60,469 nt of DNA from Desulfobacteraceae bacterium (GTDB lineage: Bacteria > Desulfobacterota > Desulfobacteria > Desulfobacterales > SpSt-501): positions 1-60,469 of the forward strand of contig JBFYWS010000621.1 in assembly GCA_041310935.1 (NCBI GenBank), given 5' to 3'. Positions 33,649 through 40,650 of the stretch are shown piece by piece. Position 1 is the first letter of the stretch. Every line of letters starts with the position of its first letter. The translations under genes and the position numbers were made by a program. The notes beneath the pieces are model-generated. The model saw only the letters and a list, made by a program, of their open reading frames with translations, did no database searches and was not told where the DNA came from.

Positions 33649-34161
33649 ATGAAACGCGAAGCGAACAACTCTCGGAAGTGCATCGAATGTGGCGCGGAGG
33701 TTCCGCGCAAGGTGAAGCGGTGCTCGCCGTGCAACTCGGCTTTTCTGTTGCGGCGTCCGACGTACCAGCGAACCGATGAGCACAAGGAATTGATGAGCGA
33801 ACGGTTGACAGGTCAGCCCCACACATGGCGCAGCGCCAGCGAGACGCCGGAAGTTGCGGCGAAGATTCGGGCGTGGTGGACTCCTGAACGCAGAAGCGCG
33901 AAGTCCGAGGCGATTGCGAATCGCGGTCGTTATCACGGACTGTCTCACGGAAGGCGAAAGCAGATGGTTGCGGAAGCCGGGAAGTGCTCTCGCTGCGGGA
34001 CCGCAACACGCCGACTAGACACCCATCACAAAGACAGGGATACTCGCAATCAAAGCCCGGCGAATCTGGAAGTGCTGTGCCATCGGTGCCACATGCAGGA
34101 GCATCGGGCCGAGATTGGATGGGCGGCGTACCACAAGGCGCGCGGGACGGGCAAGCGGTAG
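33649..34161 (+). CDS. HNH homing endonuclease (N-terminal zinc ribbon, NUMOD3-like repeats, C-terminal HNH)
   Basis: CIECGAEVPRKVKRCSPCN; TDEHKELMSERLTG / TPEVAAKIRAWW; CSRCGTATRRLDTHHKDRDTRNQSPANLEVLCHRCHMQEH. Confidence 0.85.
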   Translation: MKREANNSRKCIECGAEVPRKVKRCSPCNSAFLLRRPTYQRTDEHKELMSERLTGQPHTWRSASETPEVAAKIRAWWTPERRSAKSEAIANRGRYHGLSHGRRKQMVAEAGKCSRCGTATRRLDTHHKDRDTRNQSPANLEVLCHRCHMQEHRAEIGWAAYHKARGTGKR

Positions 34162-34690
34162 ACCCTCGGCATGTTCGTTGCTTCGGGCCTGCTGAATCCG
34201 TTGCCTTTCTTTGTCCGGGTTGCGACATGAAACTATCGCCTATGTTCAAAAACAGAACGCCGTCCGGCCTCAGCAATCTCCGCACCTCACGGAACACGGC
34301 GACCAGGTTGACGACATAGGCTTCGGGCGTGGGTTCAAGTCCGATCTGGGCGTCAATGCGACGGGCGCCGCACTTGCGACACACACTCGCGTCAACACCG
34401 GGACGCTGGCCGGTAGTGATTGCGCCCGGAGCTTTGCTGTCCTGCACCTGTCCGCCCACCGAATGCTCGCACCCCGCATCCCCGCCTTCCCACGTCGCTG
34501 TTCCGTAGTCTCTGAGGCCGCATGTTACCAGTATGGCGGACTCGTCACTACGCAGTTGACGCTACAGTCAGGCAAGGTTTTCAGGACTTGCCTACAATCC
34601 CCGGTGAGGATTGTCACCATACTTTTACCCTCCTTTCTGGTTGATGAGTTTGAACAAGCGCCTTCAGACTACGCCGCTATCGCGGCGCGT

Positions 34691-34852
34691 CTAATGCGCG
34701 GTGTTGGCTTCATCATGTTCTCGCCCAAGTATTCCGATCACCACAAGCAGGTCATCGCGATCCATTTCGCCGACACGCATTCCGTCGATCACGGATGTTT
34801 CAGCTTCTTGCTTCAGCTTCTCGGCATCCAGCCATTCGATCATCATCTTCAC
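34691..34852 (-). CDS. Small hypothetical protein (53 aa)
   Basis: GTG at 34852, 6 nt after AAGGAGG (34865-34859). Overlaps the 3' end of the Lar-like ORF. Confidence 0.45.
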   Translation of the reverse strand: MKMMIEWLDAEKLKQEAETSVIDGMRVGEMDRDDLLVVIGILGREHDEANTAH

Positions 34853-35105
34853 GACAATCCTCCTTGGCCTGTACTCTGCGGTTCCATTTCGCGGCAGCCT
34901 CCGCCCGGTCCTCACATGGCGCAGTGTTCAGGTCGCAGCCGAGGCACGCCACCATCCAGTCACACGGCCCCACTTCGTCGTGTAACTTGGCCTCTCCCCC
35001 ACAACACGGACAGGCCAACAAAGGAATCGAGCGCGACGGCTCACCCGCCGCCGCTTCATGCCCGCAAGTGGGGCACCTGGTAAGTCCGCAGTTGTGTTCC
35101 GTCAC
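34800..35105 (-). CDS. Lar-family restriction-alleviation-like protein
   Basis: LLACPCCGGEAKLHDEVGPCDWMVACLGCDL...EDRAEAAAKWNRR matches the Lar CPxCG...C..C...eAi..WNrR pattern. GTG start after GGAG. Confidence 0.6.
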   Translation of the reverse strand: MTEHNCGLTRCPTCGHEAAAGEPSRSIPLLACPCCGGEAKLHDEVGPCDWMVACLGCDLNTAPCEDRAEAAAKWNRRVQAKEDCREDDDRMAGCREAEARS

Positions 35106-35153
35106 TGTCGTTTCTCCCCGGCGGGTAAGCCGCCGCTCATTCCTGCGTTGGAT

Positions 35154-35315
35154 CTACTTCGGTTCATGTGCCTGCAACCTCCGCCAGTAGTCGACTCGGC
35201 TTTCACCGGGCCTGCGCGTCAGGTCCGGCTGCCCGGCCTCCATGTTCAGATTCAGACGGACGAGTTGCGCCCTGATCTCGTCCAGCACCTTGACCAGCGC
35301 CCACAGCACTTTCAC
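35154..35315 (-). CDS. Possible small ORF (53 aa), not in the track
   Basis: GTG overlaps the upstream TGA (GTGA). Hand translation: VKVLWALVKVLDEIRAQLVRLNLNMEAGQPDLTRRPGESRVDYWRRLQAHEPK. Confidence 0.3.
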   Translation of the reverse strand: MKVLWALVKVLDEIRAQLVRLNLNMEAGQPDLTRRPGESRVDYWRRLQAHEPK

Positions 35316-35569
35316 CGTTCACCGCCTTTCAGATTCGGAGTTCCAACATCGGCCTGCACGCTACCGTCGCTCCGCTCCGGCGCGTGAGGCCGGGCGTTGG
35401 CGGCAAGCCGTTCCTCGATGCGTTCAAGAACCTTCAACGTTTGCACTTGGATGCTCATGGACAGTAGCGTAATGGCGGATGCCACCTTCAGCGACCCATT
35501 GTCGCCCTGTTCCTTCAGCACCGCTGTTACATCCTTCAGTGATTCCAACGCTTCTTCCCATGCTTTCAT
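35312..35569 (-). CDS. Hypothetical protein (85 aa)
   Basis: ATG at 35569 (MKAWEEALESLKD) after a GAAAGGAGAAC RBS. Confidence 0.5.
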   Translation of the reverse strand: MKAWEEALESLKDVTAVLKEQGDNGSLKVASAITLLSMSIQVQTLKVLERIEERLAANARPHAPERSDGSVQADVGTPNLKGGER

Positions 35570-35580
35570 GTTCTCCTTTC

Positions 35581-35611
35581 GCGCTGGCTGACGGAAACCG
35601 CCAACCAGTGC
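35581..35611 (-). repeat. Intergenic hairpin (14-bp stem), one copy of a repeated gene-junction element
   Basis: Minus strand: GCACTGGTTGGCGG-TTT-CCGTCAGCCAGCGC, followed directly by the RBS. Homologous to 51523-51554. Confidence 0.6.
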
Positions 35612-35626
35612 AGGCACCGTACGTCG

Positions 35627-35995
35627 CTACGCGCCGAAGGTGCTGCTTTTGTTGGCCTTCCTCCACGGCACGATCTTCGCGCCTGCGGGCAGAGCGTTTC
35701 TCGGCAGCAGCTTCTCGACGCCGACGCCCCACAGGTTCGCGTCCTTCCGCAATGGCTCCCGCTTGTCGCCTGGGCCAACGACAAAGCACGCCTGGTGCAG
35801 CATGTAGCAGACGACGACCCCGCGACTCCACGTATTCGCGGCGGCGTCCCCCTCGCGGAGCAGAACGAGGTCGCCGAGGTGAAAGCGGCAGCATCGGTTC
35901 AGTTGGTCAATCGCCTCTCGCGCAGGCGTGCCGGCTTCGGACTTGTCGGCCCCGTATGCGGTCAACACGTCGATCAGTCGCTTCAGGTCGATCAT
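35627..35995 (-). CDS. Hypothetical protein (122 aa)
   Basis: ATG at 35995 in an ATGA overlap with the upstream stop. The track gives a longer 36019 start. Confidence 0.5.
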   Translation of the reverse strand: MIDLKRLIDVLTAYGADKSEAGTPAREAIDQLNRCCRFHLGDLVLLREGDAAANTWSRGVVVCYMLHQACFVVGPGDKREPLRKDANLWGVGVEKLLPRNALPAGAKIVPWRKANKSSTFGA

Positions 35996-37338
35996 CTCTC
36001 CACCGTGCATGACTGCCATCCTTTCTTGCCCGGCGCGTCAGCCGGGGCGTTCGGCCATTCCCTTCGCTTCCACTCCTTCCGCTTGTCGAAGAAGCACGGC
36101 GACTCTGCCGCCAGCGCGTCAATCCATGCGTCGTCACAGGGACGGGCCTTCGGGCCGGTTTCTGGGCCGGCAATCACGAGATCCAGGTACGCCCCTTGAT
36201 GATGTCCCAAATCGTCTGGTACGCGACCCCGTGCTCGCGCGCTAGTGTCGCAATCATTCGTCCATGCCGCGTCTTCATGTCTCGCATGATGTACTCCGCA
36301 TAGGTTCTGATTCGCTCCACGTCTTTCGCGGTCAACTTGCTCTGGCAGTTCTTCTCGCCGTTCTGATCGGCGGCCTTGCCGACTTTCAGAACTCTGACCG
36401 CATGAATGTTGTTCTGCGAGTAGGTAACTGCCTCCAAGTTGTCCGGGTGATTGTCGTCCTTGATCCCGTTCTTGTGATTGATCGTCATCCCGTGTGGTAT
36501 CGTCCCGACTAGCGCCATGTAGACAATCCTGTGCGCCCCTATGTGATGCCTCTGTCCGCGAATCATCATTCGCACCTGAAGGTATCCCTGCGGCATCCTG
36601 TGTTCCGCTCGTTTCGGGGCAATGCTCCTCACCAGTACCCGTTCTTTGCTCCATCGGTTTCCGCTTCTGTTGGTGCAGCGCCATATCGCCCCCGATTGAT
36701 CCACCCTCAACTCTCCGCGCCGTATCGCTGCCATAATCTCCGCCTCGCCCGCATGGTTGGTTTTCATAGCGTGGCATACTACCAGGGCACAGGAACCGAG
36801 TCAACGTAATTTTTTCGAGCAATGGTTCGCACGATACGAACCGCACCGCTGCCGGGATGCTCAACAGGATCGGTATTCGCTCTTCGGCTCGCGCCTGGTT
36901 CTCGACCGTCACGCCCAGCCACACGTTCGACCACGCGATAGGGCCTCCCGCTTTCGTGCATCGCTTGAAAAACTCTGCCATTTGTTGCGGACGCTTCGTC
37001 AGCACGAGGTATGTATGCGGACTCGGTTGGAGTAGGTCGGGGTGCATGGCGTTGAATATCTGCATGATGGTCTCATCCTGCAAAGACTCATGGAACAGGT
37101 CCGACATGGGCGCGACGAACACCCGGCAGGGCTTGCGCGTGTGCGCGGGCATGTCGAGGTTCTCCGGCAGGAAGTGCGGCTCGCCCCACGGCGGCAGGCC
37201 CATGTATTTGGCGAAGCGATGATGCCAGGATGCGGCGTAACAGTTCATGCACCCCTCGCTTGCGGCCGAACATCCGCGCAGGATCGGCCATTGCTGGTCT
37301 GCCCAGGGTATGTCTGTTTTCGGAAGACTTTTGTTCAT
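35992..37338 (-). CDS. Phage Gp37/Gp68-family (DUF5131) protein gene, interrupted by an HNH cassette of about 610 bp but still open in frame
   Basis: ATG at 37338. DIPWADQQWPILRGCSAASEGCMNCYA...VFVAPMSDLFHE...LVLTKRP...NVWLGVTVENQ...RFVSCEPLLEKITL, then about 200 aa of junk read-through, then LDLVIAGPETGPKARP...CFFDKRKEW. The first 72 codons of track ORF 35992..37554 look spurious. Confidence 0.75.
   Translation of the reverse strand: MNKSLPKTDIPWADQQWPILRGCSAASEGCMNCYAASWHHRFAKYMGLPPWGEPHFLPENLDMPAHTRKPCRVFVAPMSDLFHESLQDETIMQIFNAMHPDLLQPSPHTYLVLTKRPQQMAEFFKRCTKAGGPIAWSNVWLGVTVENQARAEERIPILLSIPAAVRFVSCEPLLEKITLTRFLCPGSMPRYENQPCGRGGDYGSDTARRVEGGSIGGDMALHQQKRKPMEQRTGTGEEHCPETSGTQDAAGIPSGANDDSRTEASHRGAQDCLHGASRDDTTRDDDQSQERDQGRQSPGQLGGSYLLAEQHSCGQSSESRQGRRSERREELPEQVDRERRGANQNLCGVHHARHEDAAWTNDCDTSARARGRVPDDLGHHQGAYLDLVIAGPETGPKARPCDDAWIDALAAESPCFFDKRKEWKRREWPNAPADAPGKKGWQSCTVER
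36174..36767 (-). CDS. HNH_3-type homing endonuclease with a C-terminal HTH-like tail
   Basis: GYLQVRMMIRGQRHHIGAHRIVYMALVGTIPHGMTINHKNGIKDDNHPDNLEAVTYSQNNIHA. Confidence 0.85.
   Translation of the reverse strand: MKTNHAGEAEIMAAIRRGELRVDQSGAIWRCTNRSGNRWSKERVLVRSIAPKRAEHRMPQGYLQVRMMIRGQRHHIGAHRIVYMALVGTIPHGMTINHKNGIKDDNHPDNLEAVTYSQNNIHAVRVLKVGKAADQNGEKNCQSKLTAKDVERIRTYAEYIMRDMKTRHGRMIATLAREHGVAYQTIWDIIKGRTWIS
36190..36805 (-). mobile_element. HNH homing-endonuclease cassette (own promoter, near-leaderless ORF) inserted in the Gp37/Gp68-family gene
   Basis: Family homology breaks after EPLLEKITL (about 36802) and resumes at LDLVIAG (about 36186). The interval is almost filled by the HNH ORF, in another frame of the same strand. 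Confidence 0.7.
36776..36804 (-). promoter_or_regulatory. Sigma70-like promoter (TTGACT, 17 nt, TAGTAT) driving the HNH ORF, with an upstream A-tract
   Basis: Minus strand: GAAAAAATTACG TTGACT cggttcctgtgccctgg TAGTAT gccacgct ATG. Confidence 0.5.
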
Positions 37339-37366
37339 CGCCCTTTGCCCTTCATGTTGTGCCCGC

Positions 37367-37972
37367 TCAGAACTCCCTCGCGTATTCCGCGGCTTGCGTG
37401 ACAGTCGCCCGCTGTTGGGGATGCCCGATGGTCTTGCAGAACTCGTCGTATGCCTTGGCGCGTTCGTACTCCTCGCCGACGGCCAGACCCGCCGCATTGA
37501 TCGCGCCGTTCTGCCGGCGGGCCAAATCGAACAGTGCGTCGGGACTCCTGCCAAAGTAGGCTTCCGCCTCGTGGCCGGCCCGGCACCGGCATGCGATCAT
37601 CAGGACGCGGCGGCATACGAGGTCCGGTATGGTCCAGGGCGGCTCCGGGTTGTCGGGGTATACCGCGATGTGCCCATTGCAGCAGAGGTCGCAGTCCTGG
37701 GGTTTACCTTCCGCCCGCTTGGGACTCTTGGCCCATCGCGCCTTGATGATGGCGCTCTTGAGTTGCGGGCCGGTTGGGGCCTTGAGGCGCTGGCCCTTGT
37801 CCCTCGCTTCTTCGGCCAGCGTCTCTATTGCCTGTCCGAGTTCATCCCCGCTCCATCCGCGATCCGTGCCATGGGCAGGGAACTGGTCGTCGAGCCACCT
37901 TTCCAGGGCGGTGCCCTCGGCCTCGTCCATCGTAAACCCGCAGCATATTCGCCAGTGCTCAGTCCACTTCAT
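37367..37972 (-). CDS. Hypothetical protein (201 aa)
   Basis: ORF track; 1-nt TGATG overlap with the upstream gene. Confidence 0.55.
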   Translation of the reverse strand: MKWTEHWRICCGFTMDEAEGTALERWLDDQFPAHGTDRGWSGDELGQAIETLAEEARDKGQRLKAPTGPQLKSAIIKARWAKSPKRAEGKPQDCDLCCNGHIAVYPDNPEPPWTIPDLVCRRVLMIACRCRAGHEAEAYFGRSPDALFDLARRQNGAINAAGLAVGEEYERAKAYDEFCKTIGHPQQRATVTQAAEYAREF

Positions 37973-38772
37973 CAGTCCCTCCCTTCAAAGCGTTCACGCC
38001 TTGGCGCCCGCTGAAGTGGGGGCACGTATGGCGCGTACTCGTCGTCCCAGCAGGCGTTGTTGAGCCATGTGGCCGGCAGCTTCGTCTTGTCTATCGGCGT
38101 GCTCCTGTCCCGGCAGGCAGTGGCGTAGCGGTTCGACCCCGTGATGATCTTCTGGGCGTCCACCCCGGACGCCAGCGCCGCCTTCCATGACTCCCAGGCT
38201 GTCTTCTTGGCCTCGCGCCGCGGGTAGGCCTGCCAGAAGGCGTCGAACTCCGGCGAGTAGTCAGGGATGATGCTCGCCTTCTTGGGCCTCGCGGGTTTCC
38301 CCCCCACAACCCCCTCTTTCTCAGAAGAAGACTCTTCAGAAGCAGAAGAAGAAGCATAAGCAGAAGCAGGGTTAGCACGCGGTAAATCCGTGTAAACGTT
38401 TTTGTTTACATCGGCGCGGTAGTCCCGCATGTATTTCCGCATGTAGTGACGCCGATCTTCTTCGCTCCGCATCCCGCGATACCGTTCATGCGTCACCACA
38501 AAATATCGCAACCCGCCAGAATGAAGAAGCCTACGCCCTTCGTGGTCCTTGCATTGAGAGTCCGGGTCAGGCGATAGCAGAAACTCAATTGCACTTCTGA
38601 CTTCCGCTTCCGTGATCTTTCCGATCTTGGCTACCAGAACGCTGGGATTCAAAAGCACGGTATGATCTTCAGGGTCGGCTTTGGCGCAGCAGTATCCCCA
38701 CACCGCCAGCACGATGGGTCCGCTCCCGGCCATTGACCCTTCATACACGGAGTCGAACCACTTGCCGTACAT
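37972..38772 (-). CDS. Replication initiation / replisome-organiser-like protein
   Basis: N-terminal wHTH-like region and C-terminal FDAFWQAYPRREAKKTAWESWKAAL...TWLNNACWDDE, a pattern I associate with phage replication organisers. Confidence 0.45.
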   Translation of the reverse strand: MYGKWFDSVYEGSMAGSGPIVLAVWGYCCAKADPEDHTVLLNPSVLVAKIGKITEAEVRSAIEFLLSPDPDSQCKDHEGRRLLHSGGLRYFVVTHERYRGMRSEEDRRHYMRKYMRDYRADVNKNVYTDLPRANPASAYASSSASEESSSEKEGVVGGKPARPKKASIIPDYSPEFDAFWQAYPRREAKKTAWESWKAALASGVDAQKIITGSNRYATACRDRSTPIDKTKLPATWLNNACWDDEYAPYVPPLQRAPRRERFEGRD

Positions 38773-38941
38773 CAGAAACCCCTCCTGCCGTATCCCGGCC
38801 GCCTGAGTGCTCCCCGTGGCGCAGGTTCAGCCTGACGGCTGGACTCCACACGAACGGCACAGACGGACGGGTTACGACATGAGAGTTTGGATAACATTTG
38901 CCTGCCTTTTGTCCGGGGAGCATTTCCCATTCACGTCCGCG

Positions 38942-38971
38942 ACTCTACACCAAACCGCAACCGCAAGTCAA
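38942..38971 (-). promoter_or_regulatory. Sigma70-like promoter (TTGACT, 18 nt, TAGAGT) with an upstream A/T tract
   Basis: Minus strand: TAAAAAACGGAAATTTTCGG TTGACT tgcggttgcggtttggtg TAGAGT CGCGG. About 165-nt leader to the ATG at 38772. Confidence 0.55.
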
Positions 38972-38988
38972 CCGAAAATTTCCGTTTT

Positions 38989-39699
38989 TTATCCCTGACT
39001 CCGCGGGTTGTGCGTCAATGGCAGCCGCCCCTGCCGCAGTTCGTTTTCCAGCCGCGCCCGTGCCGTGGCGAAGTGCCCGGCGTCTATCTCGATCCCGATG
39101 AACTTGCGCCCGGTCCTGATGCACGCGATTCCCGTTGTGCCGCTGCCCATGTACGGGTCGAGCACGGTCGCGCCTTCCGGCACCTTAGCCCGATCCATCG
39201 TCCATTGCATGATTCCGACTGGCTTCTGTGTCGGGTGAAGCCTGTTCGATGATTCCCCGTTCATGGATGTGTCCCGGCGGCAGTAAACGCCGTGTCCGCC
39301 CTTCACCCATGCAAGCTCGGCGTCGGACAGGAACGTACCGAACGCCGGGTCAAGACGCTTGATCCAGACCAACGTTGTCCCCACCGGCACGCGGGCGGAG
39401 AAGTGGTTTCCACCCCACAGCCCCACCGAGGGGAAGTCCAGCCAAGGCGCAGGGTCGAACGCTTCGCGGTCGCCATGCACCGGCTTGAAATCGTTTCGCC
39501 CTTGGCGGCCACGCGCTTCTGGATTGTGCCCGCCAGTGAACCGGCGCGAGTTGACGTTCCAATCCATGCCGTATGGCGGATCGGAAATCACGGCATCGGC
39601 CTCAATCGGAAGGCACGCCCGGCAGTCGCCGAGGATGATGGTCACGGAATCGGAAAGACGCACAACGACTGGTTTCTGCCTATCCTTCTGTCTGTCCAT
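38989..39699 (-). CDS. DNA methyltransferase (N6-adenine/N4-cytosine, DPPY type), intact
   Basis: AVISDPPYG ... HPTQKPV ... VLDPYMGSGTTGIACIRTGRKFIGIEID. Confidence 0.85.
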   Translation of the reverse strand: MDRQKDRQKPVVVRLSDSVTIILGDCRACLPIEADAVISDPPYGMDWNVNSRRFTGGHNPEARGRQGRNDFKPVHGDREAFDPAPWLDFPSVGLWGGNHFSARVPVGTTLVWIKRLDPAFGTFLSDAELAWVKGGHGVYCRRDTSMNGESSNRLHPTQKPVGIMQWTMDRAKVPEGATVLDPYMGSGTTGIACIRTGRKFIGIEIDAGHFATARARLENELRQGRLPLTHNPRSQG

Positions 39700-39887
39700 C
39701 GCGCCCCCCCCCCTGCCACCAAAAAGCCATACGCCTCCCGCAAACTACAAAAAAGCATACCCCCCCCCACCCAGTTTCATTTTTCGGACTGTCGCGTGAG
39801 GGACAGAAGGGGGTATAGGGGGACCCAGCCATACGGAGCCACGCGCCGCTTCCCCCCGTACCCCCTGCCCCCCCCGTCCCCGCGCCG
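39700..39887. repeat. Intergenic region rich in G-tracts on the minus strand, with short GTATG(G)C-T-run repeats
   Basis: Plus-strand C runs: C10 at 39704-39713, C9 at 39760-39768, and C6/C5/C8/C4 at 39852-39881 (minus strand: GGGG ac GGGGGGGG ca GGGGG tac GGGGGG). Confidence 0.8.
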
Positions 39888-40631
39888 TCACCCGCTCGCC
39901 CGCCGCCTCGACTCGTCCGCCGCGAGCCGCTGCTCGGCACTCAGCGACTCGGATGGCGGCTTGAGCGTCCTGCCCTTCGCCCTCTTCGCCAACTCAGCCA
40001 GAAGTTCTCGCGCCTGACCTGGCTGGAGAACCACGCTGCGATTGTCCACGATGACAGACGCACCATCCCGGTGGTAGGGGTTATAGCGGGCCGGGTCCCC
40101 GGCGGCCAGAGCCACCTTCAGGGCGCCTGGCTCCCGTTCGTCGGTCTCTTCCACGGTCACACTGCCGTCCGGTGCGGTCGTAACGCGCCGCCTGTGCCTC
40201 CCCAGCTTCCCAAGGGCGCGCTCTTGCAGTTCGGCCTCAAGCTGGTCCTGCCTAACCTTCCTGCCCACCTTGCCAGCCGCCTCGATGCGGTCATGCCACG
40301 CTTCAGACTCCAACCGTCTCGAAACCTGCGCCCAGTGCATACCGAGGGCTGGGAGTATGTCCCGCCAAAACCCGCCAGCAGCGAGCAATTCCTCGCATTT
40401 CGACAGTTGGGCGTCGGTCGCAACCTTCCAGCCGGCAGCCTTCGAGACGCTCGCGCGCGAATCAGGCGACAGCTTCCCCGCCGACTGCATTCGTCCCCGC
40501 CCTTTTCCTCCCTTCGTTTTCCTTCTTTCCGTCCGGCTTGGAGAGGGCTGATCATCTAGGCCGGTTGGGGTCGTTGGCTGGTGGTTGATGGATGCGGTTT
40601 CGGTGTCGGTCTTGGTTTCGCTCGTTGTCAC
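39888..40631 (-). CDS. Hypothetical DNA-binding-like protein, possibly a small terminase-like protein
   Basis: ORF track. KVALAAGDPARYNP faintly resembles small-terminase C-terminal regions. Not adjacent to terL. Confidence 0.25.
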   Translation of the reverse strand: MTTSETKTDTETASINHQPTTPTGLDDQPSPSRTERRKTKGGKGRGRMQSAGKLSPDSRASVSKAAGWKVATDAQLSKCEELLAAGGFWRDILPALGMHWAQVSRRLESEAWHDRIEAAGKVGRKVRQDQLEAELQERALGKLGRHRRRVTTAPDGSVTVEETDEREPGALKVALAAGDPARYNPYHRDGASVIVDNRSVVLQPGQARELLAELAKRAKGRTLKPPSESLSAEQRLAADESRRRASG

Positions 40632-40650
40632 AGAAGACTTCCCCCCTTCC

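Larger units (their letters stand above)
33590..34165 (+). mobile_element. HNH homing-endonuclease cassette (about 575 bp, with its own promoter and SD) inserted antisense inside the methyltransferase gene
   Basis: Methyltransferase homology stops at ...GPKQRTCRGS (about 34162) and resumes at LKPKDLVGIPW (about 33588). The interval holds a promoter, an SD and the HNH ORF on the opposite strand. Confidence 0.7.
32774..34620 (-). pseudogene. Beta-class N4/N6 DNA methyltransferase, disrupted twice: a frameshift/stop just after the SPPY motif and an antisense HNH cassette in the middle
   Basis: AGGAGGG RBS plus ATG at 34620 gives MVTILTGDCRQVLKTLPDCSVNCVVTSPPYW, then TAA at 34527-34525. GLRDYGTATWEGGDAGCEH... 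continues in the -1 frame. Later motifs: LFLNIGDS, KPKDLVGIPWRVAFALQADGWYLRQDIIWAKPNPMPES, SHEYLFLLSKS, DPFGGSGTT. Residues about 101-288 of track ORF 32774..34459 are the antisense of the HNH gene. Confidence 0.75.

Noticed and set aside
33590-34165. The Cys/Ser/Pro-rich middle segment of track ORF 32774..34459 as a genuine methyltransferase insertion domain
   Set aside because: It is exactly the antisense of a well-formed HNH endonuclease gene with its own promoter and SD, and it is compositionally junk-like.
34525-34533. Programmed -1 ribosomal frameshift joining SPPYW to (VTC)GLRDYG in the methyltransferase
   Set aside because: There is no slippery heptamer (the sequence is CCA TAC TGG TAA) and no obvious downstream structure. 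Loss of one G in a G-run, or a sequencing error, is simpler. I keep it as a possibility to test.
36174-36805. Intein or classical group I intron as the explanation for the Gp37/Gp68 interruption
   Set aside because: The HNH ORF is in a different frame from the host protein, so it is not an intein. The ORF fills nearly the whole insert, leaving little room for a ribozyme core. I could not exclude an intron without RNA data.
37339-37554. N-terminal 72-codon extension of track ORF 35992..37554
   Set aside because: It is Arg/Ser/Pro-rich junk overlapping the upstream gene. The family-conserved sequence starts at MNKSLPKTDIPW (ATG at 37338), which has its own RBS.
39888-40631. Confident call of a small terminase
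   Set aside because: There is only a vague C-terminal resemblance, and the gene is about 7 kb from terL. I left it as a low-confidence annotation.
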